Shown one piece after another: positions 7,891 through 16,756 of a stretch of 20,924 bases of DNA. Origin of the DNA: Candidatus Wukongarchaeum yapensis. GTDB lineage: Archaea; Asgardarchaeota; Wukongarchaeia; Wukongarchaeales; Wukongarchaeaceae. How positions within the stretch are numbered: the stretch's first letter is position 1; each line of letters starts with the position of its first letter. Position numbers and translations under genes: made by a program. The notes under the pieces were generated by a model. It worked only from the letters and a program-made list of their open reading frames with translations. It was not told where the DNA came from and did not search any database. The DNA lies in assembly GCA_016840425.1 (NCBI GenBank), contig JAEOSI010000014.1, positions 1-20,924 on the forward strand, read 5' to 3'.

Positions 7891-8042
7891 TTAGGAAAAA
7901 TAATATGGCAAAGCTTGAAGCTTTTGCGGTATCTGCGGATTATTTTGTGAGATCATTTTATTATAGTTAAATCTAATAATTAATTGAAGAAGTAAACTTT
8001 TGTAGAAATAGGGCTTCCCTCGATGAGTTTGGAGGGAAAAAA

Positions 8043-8288
8043 TTGGTTGATAACGAGTATGAGGATAATTATGAAATCTATAAAAATGAGAAAGCGCTCA
8101 TAAACTTCACCTTCTTTGTGGCGTGTAAGAATCCGCAGTCTGCAGCCACTTTCCTTTACAGCGTTCTAAAAGGGGAGGAGAAAAAGAAACTATTCCCGAT
8201 CCTCAGGGAACGGATCGCAAAGCTTTTGGAACAAAACTATTGCCACTACGAAGCCGCCGTCCTAAGAACAATAAACATAGAAGAATAA
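8043..8288 (+). CDS. Hypothetical small protein, paralog B (81 aa)
   Basis: GGAGGG at 8031-8036 precedes TTG 8043; gap-free protein alignment with paralog A. Confidence 0.8.
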   Translation: MVDNEYEDNYEIYKNEKALINFTFFVACKNPQSAATFLYSVLKGEEKKKLFPILRERIAKLLEQNYCHYEAAVLRTINIEE

Positions 8289-8307
8289 GCTTTTTATTTC
8301 TCTTTTT

Positions 8308-8364
8308 TCAGTTTTTTAGCTCTTCAAGTAGGGGTTTCTTTTTTTTACTGATGGTAAGAGGCAT
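8308..8364 (-). pseudogene. Copy-B micro-ORF MPLTISKKKKPLLEELKN, apparently shortened by a 1-nt deletion in an A-run
   Basis: Adding one A after CTA AAA restores ...LKKLKKEK*, which matches the copy A end LEKLKKEKE*. Confidence 0.4.
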
Positions 8365-8574
8365 TTCTTCCAAGATCAGTAAGATTATTAGCCATTTTAA
8401 ATGATGAAATTTTTGGTTTTTTCTAGGTTTAGGAGGGTGAAGAAGAGTGTTGTTTCATGTTTTTTGTGGGGAATGGAAACTTATGTTTTTATATGGGTGG
8501 CGCTTTTAGGATATATTGTTTTTTCATGTTTTTTAGGGGGTGTATAGACTGTTTGTGATGGGGGTTATTGGCTG

Positions 8575-9495
8575 ATGGTGGAGTGGCAGAAGAGGATAGT
8601 TGAGAATCTTGAGGGTATTACTGTGTCTCTTGATGAGGAGGTACCTTTTGATGGAGATAAGTGTTTAAGTGAGTGTAGCGGGCTTTGTTGTTTTGATATT
8701 CAGGTTATGGTTGATCCTTTTGACGTTTTTCGTATTACGCGTTCAAAGCATGTGCATGAGAACCTTGGTATAACGGATACTACTAAGCTTTATGAGGGAG
8801 AGCAACCGCTTTTATTGTACTATGTGGGGAGGACTTCTAACATGCCTTTTGCCATAATTAATTTTCGACGTGTAAAAGTTCTTGGAAAAGATGTAAAGAT
8901 AAAGAAATGTCCTTTTCTCGTGCCAGCTTTTCCAAAATTATACGCAGAAAAGGAAGGTAATAAGGGAAATAAAGGGGGTAAGGGAAGGTATTTTGTCGTG
9001 GCGAGGGCGGGGGAACCTATGATTTGTGCCCTTGAAAAAGCTAAACCCACCATTTGTAGGAGTTCTCCCATAGGCAGGGCGTTAATATTTGGTGGGAAAG
9101 ATAGGAAAAAGGAGTACAGGTTTATTTATAAGCCCCCTGACCCTAATTGTCCTGCTTGTAAGACGGAGAAAAAGGTTAAAGTTGGGGATTATATAGAGGA
9201 ATGGCATCTGATAAACTCCTACAAATATAAGGATCTATTCTTTGATTTGATTTGCTGGCTTCAGGAGAAAAAATTTCAATTTCCAAAGGATTTAATCTAC
9301 AAGTTGGGGCAGATTCTATACAATTTTGATAACCCCCTCACAAAAAATATTATAGAAACTTATCGAAAGGCTAACGGCCGAACTAGCGGACTAGAATTTG
9401 CAGAACTTTACGAAGTTTTTAAAAAGATGGCAGAAATCGTTCACGAAGAACGGCAGAAAAGATCCTTAAAAAAGCAAGCAAACAGTAAAAAATAG
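8575..9495 (+). CDS. YkgJ/FliB-like (CxxCxxCC family) cysteine-cluster Zn/Fe-binding protein
   Basis: CLSECSGLCC, DPFDVFRI, CPFL, ICALEKAKPTICRSSP and CPAC motifs. Confidence 0.8.
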   Translation: MVEWQKRIVENLEGITVSLDEEVPFDGDKCLSECSGLCCFDIQVMVDPFDVFRITRSKHVHENLGITDTTKLYEGEQPLLLYYVGRTSNMPFAIINFRRVKVLGKDVKIKKCPFLVPAFPKLYAEKEGNKGNKGGKGRYFVVARAGEPMICALEKAKPTICRSSPIGRALIFGGKDRKKEYRFIYKPPDPNCPACKTEKKVKVGDYIEEWHLINSYKYKDLFFDLICWLQEKKFQFPKDLIYKLGQILYNFDNPLTKNIIETYRKANGRTSGLEFAELYEVFKKMAEIVHEERQKRSLKKQANSKK

Positions 9496-9615
9496 TAGAG
9501 CTTATAACTGTTAGAGGAAAAAAAGGGGAATTTTTCGAAATTTTTTATAGGAAAATTATTTATTCCTATTTCAGGTTTTAAGGTTTGTTTCGTTTTTGGT
9601 TTTTGGTGTTTTTTG

Positions 9616-10146
9616 ATGACGTTATTCGGAGATATTTTTGAAGCGCTTTATTTTATTCTGCCCGCATATTTTGCAAACAGTTCACCGACAGTTTTAGGTA
9701 AAGGATCACGGTATAACTTTCCCCTTGACCGGGGCAGGGTTTTTTTCGATGGCAGACGTATTATCGGTGATTCTAAGACTGTTCGAGGATTAATTGGCGG
9801 TATTTGTGCAGGATTGTTCATAGGGTTTATCCAATTCTTAATAAGGGATCCTGAACCTGTTTTAGGGTTTTTGGACACTATGAATCGAACGTTTCTTCTT
9901 GCTTTAGGAACCCATTTAGGGGACCTTTTCGGCTCTTTTATTAAGCGTAGATTAAATATTAATCCAGGAGGATCTTTTCCCATTATAGATCAATTGGGTT
10001 TTCTAGTTTTTGCTTTGGGCTTAACAGCGATATTTTATGAGGTACCTCTAAAATACGTGTTCATCTTATTACCGCTCACGTTAGGAGCCCATTTAGGGGC
10101 TAACATTTTAGCATATAAAGCAGGAATTAAAGACGTTTGGTGGTAA
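9616..10146 (+). CDS. carS: CDP-archaeol synthase (CDP-2,3-bis-O-geranylgeranyl-sn-glycerol synthase)
   Basis: PAYFANSSP, KTVRGLIGG, GDLFGSFIKRRL and PIIDQLGF motifs; hydrophobic protein of ~176 aa. TTG 9613 is an alternative start. Confidence 0.95.
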   Translation: MTLFGDIFEALYFILPAYFANSSPTVLGKGSRYNFPLDRGRVFFDGRRIIGDSKTVRGLIGGICAGLFIGFIQFLIRDPEPVLGFLDTMNRTFLLALGTHLGDLFGSFIKRRLNINPGGSFPIIDQLGFLVFALGLTAIFYEVPLKYVFILLPLTLGAHLGANILAYKAGIKDVWW

Positions 10147-10377
10147 TTGTAATCAATTTATTTTTTTAAGTTTTTTATCAAAATAAGTTTGAAGAGGGAT
10201 TTTTGGGAAAAACTGTGCTATTTTCACTTTTTATGAACCCTTTCCAAGTTTTTAAAAATTTTTAATGTTAGTTAACGTATCTTTTTATTGGGGTATTATT
10301 ATTGTATCAATTTTTTATAGGGAGTTTTTGTTGGCTTATGGTAGTAAGGGTTTGTTTGTTGGAGGTGTTAAGGGTTT

Positions 10378-12684
10378 TTGTTTGTTGAAGATCTTAATGT
10401 TCCTGATGTTGTTAAGAGGATTGTTTTGGATAGTGGGGTAAGTGAGCTTTATCCGCCGCAGATAGAGGCAGTTAAGACAGGGTTTTTGGAGGGAGAGAAT
10501 TTGGTTTTGTGTATACCTACGGCTTCTGGTAAGACTTTAGTTGCAGAGCTTGCTATGGCTAAGCGTATTATTGAGGGGGGTGGGAAGGCTTTGTATCTTG
10601 TGCCTTTGAGAGCTCTTGCTAGTGAGAAGTATGAGGAGTTTCAGAAGTGGGAAAGAGCGGGTTTTAAGGTGGGGATTACGAGTAGTGATTTTGATTCTTC
10701 TGATGCGTGGCTTGAGGGGTATGATATCATTGTTGGTACTAATGAAAAGCTTGATTCTTTGCTTAGGCATAGGGTTAGGTGGCTTAGTGATGTGAGTCTT
10801 GTTGTTGCTGATGAGGTTCACTTGATTAATGATGGTAGTAGGGGTCCTACCCTTGAGGTTATTTTGTCGAAGTTGAGACGGATAAATAAAAATGCTCAAT
10901 TTTTAGCTTTAAGCGCTACTGTAGCTAATGCTGATGAGGTTGCCGGTTGGCTAGGCGCTAAGCTTGTTGTTAGTGATTGGAGACCTGTTGTTTTAAAGGA
11001 GGGAGTTTATGAGGATGGGTTTATTGAGTTTGGTAGGGGGGAAAGTATGATGATTCCGAATCTTACGGGTGAAGATATTATCGATCTTGCTGCGGATACT
11101 GTTAAGGGAGGCGGTCAAGCTTTAGTATTTAGCACTTCAAGGAGGAGCGCGGTTAGTGCCGCTAAAAAGCTTTACACTCACATAAAATCGTTACTACCGA
11201 AAAAAGAAATAAGTCGATTATCAGATGTTTCAGAAGAGATTTTGAGTGTAGGGGAGAGAACAAGAATTTCTGAGCTTTTAGCCAAGCTTGCGAGTGGTGG
11301 GGTTGCCTTTCACCATGCAGGACTTAACTATAACCATAGAAGATTGGTAGAAGAGAGTTTTAGGGGTAATTTATTAAAGGTTATTACGGCTACTCCCACC
11401 CTTGCTGCTGGCGTGAATCTTCCGGCTCGCCGCGTAATCATTCAGGGTTATAGGCGTTATGATACTAAAATGGGTTTTTTGGAGGAGATCCCCGTGTTGG
11501 AGTATAAGCAGCAGGCGGGTAGAGCTGGAAGACCTAAATATGACAAGCTGGGGGAAGCTGTTCTTCTGTCGAGTTCTGAGGAGGAAAAGGAGTTTTTAAT
11601 GGAGAGGTATGTTTTAGGGGAGCCTGAGAGGATAAGGTCTAAGCTGGCATCAGAGCCTGCTTTAAGAACTCACGTACTTGCAACTATTGCTACAAATTAT
11701 GCGCGCACAGAGAAGGGGTTGTATGATTTTATAAGGGGTACGTTTTACGGTTATCAGTATGATCCTGAGAGCGTTTCTGGTATTTTGGATAGGATTTTGT
11801 CTTTTTTGTTCGAGGAGGGTTTTTTAGTAGAAGAGGGGGGTAAGTTGAAGGCTACAAATTTTGGAAAACGTGTTTCGGAGCTTTACATAGATCCTCTTTC
11901 TGCTAAAATTATTAAAGATGGCCTTATGGGGGCACCGGAGGATTTAGTGGGCAAGGAGGTAGGGTTTTTACATCTTGTCAGCGCTACACCGGATATGCCT
12001 AAGCTTGGTTGGAGGAGGAGAGATGAGGAGTTTGTATTAAGTTTTGTAGATCAGCATGAGGAAGAGTTTTTACATGAGCCACCTGATATAGGAAGCATAG
12101 ATTATGAGTTTTTCATGTTACAGGTAAAAGTGGCGATGTTGCTTTATTCATGGATTGAGGAGTATTCAGAAGATCAAATAATTTCTGCTTTTAAAATCGG
12201 GAGTGGTGACATATTAAGGATTGGGGAAACTGGGAAATGGCTGCTTTATTCAACGGAAGAAATTGCTAAACTACTTAAATCAAGTAAGGCTAAGAAGATA
12301 ATAAGGGAGTTAACTTTGAGGGTAACTCACGGGATCAAAAAAGAACTTGTAAAACTTGTTTCAATCCCTGGTATAGGGAGGATTCGGGCAAGGGCGTTAT
12401 ACAATTCAGGATATAAATCGCTTAAAAGCCTTCAAAAAGCGAAAATAGAAGATTTAATTAAGGTTCCCATGATAGGTAAAGAGATAGCTAAGAAAATAAA
12501 AGAGACAACAGGTGGAAAAGAGGTAACGATAGAAAGCAGTAAACCTGAAGATCTTGAATATAAGGGTAGTTCGATGTCTCAAAGATCTGTGAAACAAGCA
12601 AAACTTCCTCATTTCTCAGACAAAAATTCTAAAAAAACGAGGAAAAAAGAAAATGATCAAAGAAAGAGAAGAAAAAGATCTTAA
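10378..12684 (+). CDS. hel308: Ski2-like SF2 DNA helicase Hel308
   Basis: LYPPQ Q-motif, PTASGKT, DEVH, LSAT, AFHHAGL, TPTLAAGVNLPA, GRAGRP, and C-terminal HhH SIPGIGRIRARALY. Confidence 0.97.
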   Translation: MFVEDLNVPDVVKRIVLDSGVSELYPPQIEAVKTGFLEGENLVLCIPTASGKTLVAELAMAKRIIEGGGKALYLVPLRALASEKYEEFQKWERAGFKVGITSSDFDSSDAWLEGYDIIVGTNEKLDSLLRHRVRWLSDVSLVVADEVHLINDGSRGPTLEVILSKLRRINKNAQFLALSATVANADEVAGWLGAKLVVSDWRPVVLKEGVYEDGFIEFGRGESMMIPNLTGEDIIDLAADTVKGGGQALVFSTSRRSAVSAAKKLYTHIKSLLPKKEISRLSDVSEEILSVGERTRISELLAKLASGGVAFHHAGLNYNHRRLVEESFRGNLLKVITATPTLAAGVNLPARRVIIQGYRRYDTKMGFLEEIPVLEYKQQAGRAGRPKYDKLGEAVLLSSSEEEKEFLMERYVLGEPERIRSKLASEPALRTHVLATIATNYARTEKGLYDFIRGTFYGYQYDPESVSGILDRILSFLFEEGFLVEEGGKLKATNFGKRVSELYIDPLSAKIIKDGLMGAPEDLVGKEVGFLHLVSATPDMPKLGWRRRDEEFVLSFVDQHEEEFLHEPPDIGSIDYEFFMLQVKVAMLLYSWIEEYSEDQIISAFKIGSGDILRIGETGKWLLYSTEEIAKLLKSSKAKKIIRELTLRVTHGIKKELVKLVSIPGIGRIRARALYNSGYKSLKSLQKAKIEDLIKVPMIGKEIAKKIKETTGGKEVTIESSKPEDLEYKGSSMSQRSVKQAKLPHFSDKNSKKTRKKENDQRKRRKRS

Positions 12685-13252
12685 GGAACTTATTGATGGT
12701 TTTAAGGCAAAAAATCGTAATGCTGACGAAGGGTTGATAAGTAAGGCTTTTTTCTTCTCGAAAATGGCTCATGAAGGACAAAAAAGAAAGGGAGGAGAGG
12801 ATTTTTTTATTCATCCTCTTGAAGTTGCAAAAATGCTTTCAGGGCCTGGTGCAGATGAAGAAACGGTTTGTGCCGCTTTATTACATGATGTTGTGGAGGA
12901 TACTGAGGTTACTTTAGACAAAGTTCGGGAGGAGTTTGGAGAGAAAATCGCTTTTTTAGTTGAAGCACTAACAAAAACTTCGCTTGATTTTGAAAGTAAG
13001 GAGGAGCGGAGGGCAAGATATCGCGAACAGCTTAAAAAGGCTATAGAGGAAGATAGACGGGTTCTTCTAATTAAACTGGCAGACAGGCTTCACAACATAA
13101 AAACTTTACACGTTTTTGAAGAGAAAAAACGATTACGTATTGCAAAGGAAACCCTAGAGTTTTATGTTCCTCTTGCAAGAAAATATGGCCTAGAAAATTT
13201 TGCTAAACAATTAGAAGAAAAAAGCAAAAAATACCTAAACTTAAAAACTTAA
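12653..13252 (+). CDS. Stand-alone RelA/SpoT-type HD-domain hydrolase (small alarmone hydrolase/Mesh1-like)
   Basis: AHEGQKRKGGEDFFIHP, AALLHDVVED, IKLADRLHN and IAKETLEFYVPLARKYG. No synthetase domain; overlaps hel308 by 32 nt. Confidence 0.9.
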   Translation: MIKEREEKDLKELIDGFKAKNRNADEGLISKAFFFSKMAHEGQKRKGGEDFFIHPLEVAKMLSGPGADEETVCAALLHDVVEDTEVTLDKVREEFGEKIAFLVEALTKTSLDFESKEERRARYREQLKKAIEEDRRVLLIKLADRLHNIKTLHVFEEKKRLRIAKETLEFYVPLARKYGLENFAKQLEEKSKKYLNLKT

Positions 13253-13336
13253 AAAACTTCTTTGTTTTTGAATCTTGTCTTTCTTTAATTGTTTTGAAGG
13301 TTTAACTTGTATGTTAGGGTTTTTGGGGGTATTTTT

Positions 13337-14701
13337 GTGTCTTTTGTGCATCCTATTGATTTTCGTTATGGTAGTGAAGTGATGCGGGGAGTTTTTTCGC
13401 AGGAAAACAGGCTTGGATTGATGTTGAGGGTGGAGGGTGCTTTAGCTAAGGCTCAAGCAGGCTTGGGGGAAATTCCTGAATCTGCTATGAAAGTCATTGT
13501 TGAAAAAGCTTCAACAGAGTTTGTAAAGTTGGAAAGGGTTGAAGAGATAGAAAAAGAGATTCAGCACGACGTTATGGCGATGGTTAAAGCGCTTTCAGAG
13601 CAGTGTGATGAAGCAGGGAAATATGTTCACTTGGGAGCTACTAGTTATGATATAGTGGATACAGTGTTGGCTCTCCAGTTAAAAGAGGCTATAGCTGTCA
13701 TTCGGAAAGAGTTGATTTCACTTCTTCGCGTTGTAACAGATTTAGCAGATAGTCATAGGAGGTCTTTGTGTGTTGGGAGAACCCATGGGATGCATGCTGA
13801 GCCTTACGTTCTTGGTCATAAGTTTGCTGTTTGGACCGATGAAATCATACGGCATATAGAACGTTTGGATGGTTGTAAAGAACGGGGTTGTGTTGGTAAG
13901 ATGACTGGAGCTGTGGGAACCCAAGCTGCTTTGGGAAAAAACGCTGAAAAAATACAAGAAATAGTGATGAAGAACCTTGGAATAAAAAGTGCGGAGATAA
14001 GTACCCAAATCGTTTCACGAGATAGGATAGGGGAACTTATATGCCTTCTGGCCCTGATATCCTCTTCTTTGGATAAGTATGCCACAGAGATAAGAAACCT
14101 CCAAAGAACGGAGATAGGCGAGGTAGAGGAACCTTTCCGCGAGGAATCTCAAGTGGGAAGTTCTGCTATGCCACATAAACGTAATCCTTGGAAAAGCGAG
14201 AGGGTGAGCGGACTTGCAAGAATATTAAGAGGACTGGTAATCTCTGCCCTTGAAAACGTTATCAGTTGGCATGAAAGAGACCTCACTAACAGTTCAAGTG
14301 AACGTTGCATGATCCCGGAATCATTCATGCTCCTTGAAGAGCAACTTAGAACCTTTACGAAAGTCCTTGAAGGATTAAAAGTTTCAAAAGAGAAGATGAA
14401 AAAGAACTTAAAGTTCACGAAAGGACTGATAATGAGCGAATCTGTAATGATCCTCCTCACAAAAAAAGGTATGGGGCGCCAGAAAGCTCATGAACTTGTG
14501 AGAAAAATAGCTATAAAATCGGTTAAAGAAGGAAAATCTTTCGAAAAATCGGTTCTTGAAGAATCAGAAATTACGACGTTATGCACGCCTGAAGAGATAA
14601 AAAAAGCATTAAAGCCGAAAAATTTCATAGGAACGGCTCCAAAACAGGTTTTAAAAATAGTTAGAAAAGCGAGAAAAATCCTAAAAAAAGAAGAACAATG
14701 A
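13337..14701 (+). CDS. purB: Adenylosuccinate lyase
   Basis: HPIDFRYG, HDVMA, VHLGATSYD, GRTHG, SSAMPHKRNP signature and WHERDLTNSS. GTG 13337 was chosen because GGGGGT lies upstream; the ORF track starts at 13307. Confidence 0.97.
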   Translation: MSFVHPIDFRYGSEVMRGVFSQENRLGLMLRVEGALAKAQAGLGEIPESAMKVIVEKASTEFVKLERVEEIEKEIQHDVMAMVKALSEQCDEAGKYVHLGATSYDIVDTVLALQLKEAIAVIRKELISLLRVVTDLADSHRRSLCVGRTHGMHAEPYVLGHKFAVWTDEIIRHIERLDGCKERGCVGKMTGAVGTQAALGKNAEKIQEIVMKNLGIKSAEISTQIVSRDRIGELICLLALISSSLDKYATEIRNLQRTEIGEVEEPFREESQVGSSAMPHKRNPWKSERVSGLARILRGLVISALENVISWHERDLTNSSSERCMIPESFMLLEEQLRTFTKVLEGLKVSKEKMKKNLKFTKGLIMSESVMILLTKKGMGRQKAHELVRKIAIKSVKEGKSFEKSVLEESEITTLCTPEEIKKALKPKNFIGTAPKQVLKIVRKARKILKKEEQ

Positions 14702-14819
14702 GAGAGAAAAAGGATAGAAGAAGCTAAAAACATAAAATTCTTTGAAATAAAAAGAATGTCTTAAAGAAAAGAAAAAAAATGTTTTTATGGTAAAGTTTTG
14801 TTTTTTTCACTTTTTCCGG

Positions 14820-14984
14820 TTACCCTTCTAATGGTTCGAAATCTTCTTTTGCTGCGCCGCACTCTGGGCATTCCCAATCGTCTGGGAGGTCTTCAAAGGG
14901 GGTTCCTGGGGGAATTCCTGTGTCAGGATCTCCTTTTTCAGGGTCATATATATAGCCGCATACTGTACATTTCCATTTTTGCAA
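14820..14984 (-). CDS. Rubredoxin
   Basis: [16 protein letters not shown]...[20 protein letters not shown]; TTG start at 14984 follows GGAGGA. Confidence 0.97.
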   Translation of the reverse strand: MQKWKCTVCGYIYDPEKGDPDTGIPPGTPFEDLPDDWECPECGAAKEDFEPLEG

Positions 14985-15201
14985 TTTGCTTCCTCCAAGT
15001 AAAAACAAATATTATAATTGTTTCAGGTGAAATGCCTTACAAGTTATTTAAAAATTTTTATTCGAAATCGTTGAAAAGATAAAGAATACTTAAAGGAAAA
15101 AAGAAGGTAGATTATAAAAAAAACTAAAAAATGATTACTAGAATAAAAGTTAGTGAAAAAATTGGTTTTTTCCTTTTGATGGTTTTTTGGTTGGTGATTG
15201 T

Positions 15202-16293
15202 ATGGTTGTTAGTGATGTTGAAGGAGCGAAATTTGTTTTTGTTACAAGCCCTGTTTGTGAGAAACATGTTATGGGGTTTTCTCATCCTGAGTCTCCTGAA
15301 AGGATAAGGGAGATTATGGAGGCTGTTAATAAGCTTTTAGAAACAAGGAACGGGGAAGTTGCTGTTTTAGAGTGTAAAGAAGCTGATTTAGTTGATGTTG
15401 AACGGGTGCATGATTCTGACCATGTGGAGCTTGTGCGACGTATTTCTAAACAGGGTGGGGGGTCTTTGGGTCCGGATAATGATTTGAATAGTTTCACGTA
15501 TCAGGCAGCCCTTGTTGCGGCGGGGGGAGCAATTAGCGCAGCGCAATTGGTGTTAGAAAGGGAATGTGGAAAAGATGGGTTCGGTTCTTTTGCCATAATT
15601 CGACCTCCAGGGCATCATGCTTCAAGGGATATGGCGCGAGGATTCTGTTTTTTTAACAATATGGCTATAACGGCTACAAAGCTTCTCCAAGAGTATCTTG
15701 TAGGAAAAGTTGCTATTGTGGATATTGACAATCATTTTGGTGATGGAACTTCTGAAATTTTTTATGATAGTAGAAATGTTCTTTATGTTTCATTACATGC
15801 CCATCCAAGCTTCGCTTATCCAGGTAAAGGGTTCTTAGCAGAGATTGGGAAGGACGAGGGAGAAGGTTATAATGTTAATATTCCCCTATTTCCAGGGACT
15901 GGAGATCAGGAATATTTGGAGGCTTTTGATAGAGTAGTGATACCTATATTAGAAGCTTTTAAGCCAGATATCATTCTGGTTTCAGCAGGTTTTGATGGAA
16001 TGTATACTGATCCCATAGGTTCGTTGGCTTTAACGCCCACCGGATATGAAGAGGTAGCGAAAAAACTTTACGCTACAGCAAGAAAAGTGAGCAGCGGAAA
16101 ACTTTCCTCGATTTTAGAGGGGGGATATGACTTAGATAACATGCCAAAGTGTGTTATCTCTTTTGTAACACCTGTACTTGACCCCTCAGTTATTGAAGTA
16201 GAAAAACCCGTAAAAGCAGGCTCTAGACTCGAACAAACTCGAAAAACTATTGAAAATCTCAAAGATATTTTATCTCCGTTTTGGCCACTTTAA
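15202..16293 (+). CDS. Zn-dependent histone deacetylase-family (AcuC/acetylpolyamine amidohydrolase-like) deacetylase
   Basis: HPESPERI, RPPGHHA, GFCFFNN, DIDNHFGDGT, SLH, VNIP, SAGFD and LEGGY; catalytic and metal-binding residues are intact. TTG 15187 is an alternative start. Confidence 0.94.
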   Translation: MVVSDVEGAKFVFVTSPVCEKHVMGFSHPESPERIREIMEAVNKLLETRNGEVAVLECKEADLVDVERVHDSDHVELVRRISKQGGGSLGPDNDLNSFTYQAALVAAGGAISAAQLVLERECGKDGFGSFAIIRPPGHHASRDMARGFCFFNNMAITATKLLQEYLVGKVAIVDIDNHFGDGTSEIFYDSRNVLYVSLHAHPSFAYPGKGFLAEIGKDEGEGYNVNIPLFPGTGDQEYLEAFDRVVIPILEAFKPDIILVSAGFDGMYTDPIGSLALTPTGYEEVAKKLYATARKVSSGKLSSILEGGYDLDNMPKCVISFVTPVLDPSVIEVEKPVKAGSRLEQTRKTIENLKDILSPFWPL

Positions 16294-16361
16294 GGGAAAA
16301 ACATCCTTTTTTATGATAACATAACGTTATTTGATACAATGAAGGATATTGAGGCATAGAT

Positions 16362-16756
16362 ATGCGTAGAAGCGGGGATTGGCTACGGCAGGCAGAAGCT
16401 GCGCTAAAACAGGTTAAGGATCTCTTGAAAATGGAAATTATTGGGCTAGCTGGTTTTTTTCACAACAGGCTGCGGAATTTGCGGTTAAAGCTTTGCTTAC
16501 ATCGAGCGGTATAGAGCGATGGGGGCATTCAGCTTTTGCCCTGTTAAAAGCTGTTCAAAGTTTGGGGGTTCCCGTAGAGGAGGGTTTATTAAGAGAGGCA
16601 AGAGAGCTTGATAAGCACTATTTTCAAACGAGATACGTTAACACTTATCATGAGGGAGCTCCTGTTGATTACTACGAAGAAAATCATGCTAAGGAGAGTT
16701 TAAGGAGGGCTGAGATAATTGTTGAATTTTGCAGAAAAAGCATTAGAGGAAGTTAA
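16362..16756 (+). pseudogene. HEPN-domain protein (HEPN-MNT toxin) with a frameshift
   Basis: ATG 16362 gives MRRSGDWLRQAEAALKQVKDLLK. A -1 shift at the A4 run (16428-16431) then gives NGNYWASWFFSQQAAEFAVKALL...WGHS...LDKHYFQTRY, the typical HEPN pattern. The unshifted frame stops at TAG 16512. Confidence 0.85.

Larger units (their letters stand above)
7923..8376. repeat. Copy B of the diverged tandem direct repeat
   Basis: Collinear homology to 7327-7789, with a short insertion upstream of the RBS hairpin. Confidence 0.92.

Noticed and set aside
7880-7897. Palindrome TTCCTAA-AGGA-TTAGGAA
   Set aside because: Its half-sites are in the opposite order to the DtxR box and it is not at an evident promoter.
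7122-8503. 9-mer GGGTGGCGC at 7122-7130 and 8495-8503 bracketing the duplication
   Set aside because: Too short, with no flanking similarity; cannot be called a target-site duplication or att site.
6949-8570. Complete integrated element at tRNA-Pro
   Set aside because: I found no integrase and no duplicated tRNA 3' end (att site) in the window, so only an accessory or decayed patch can be supported.
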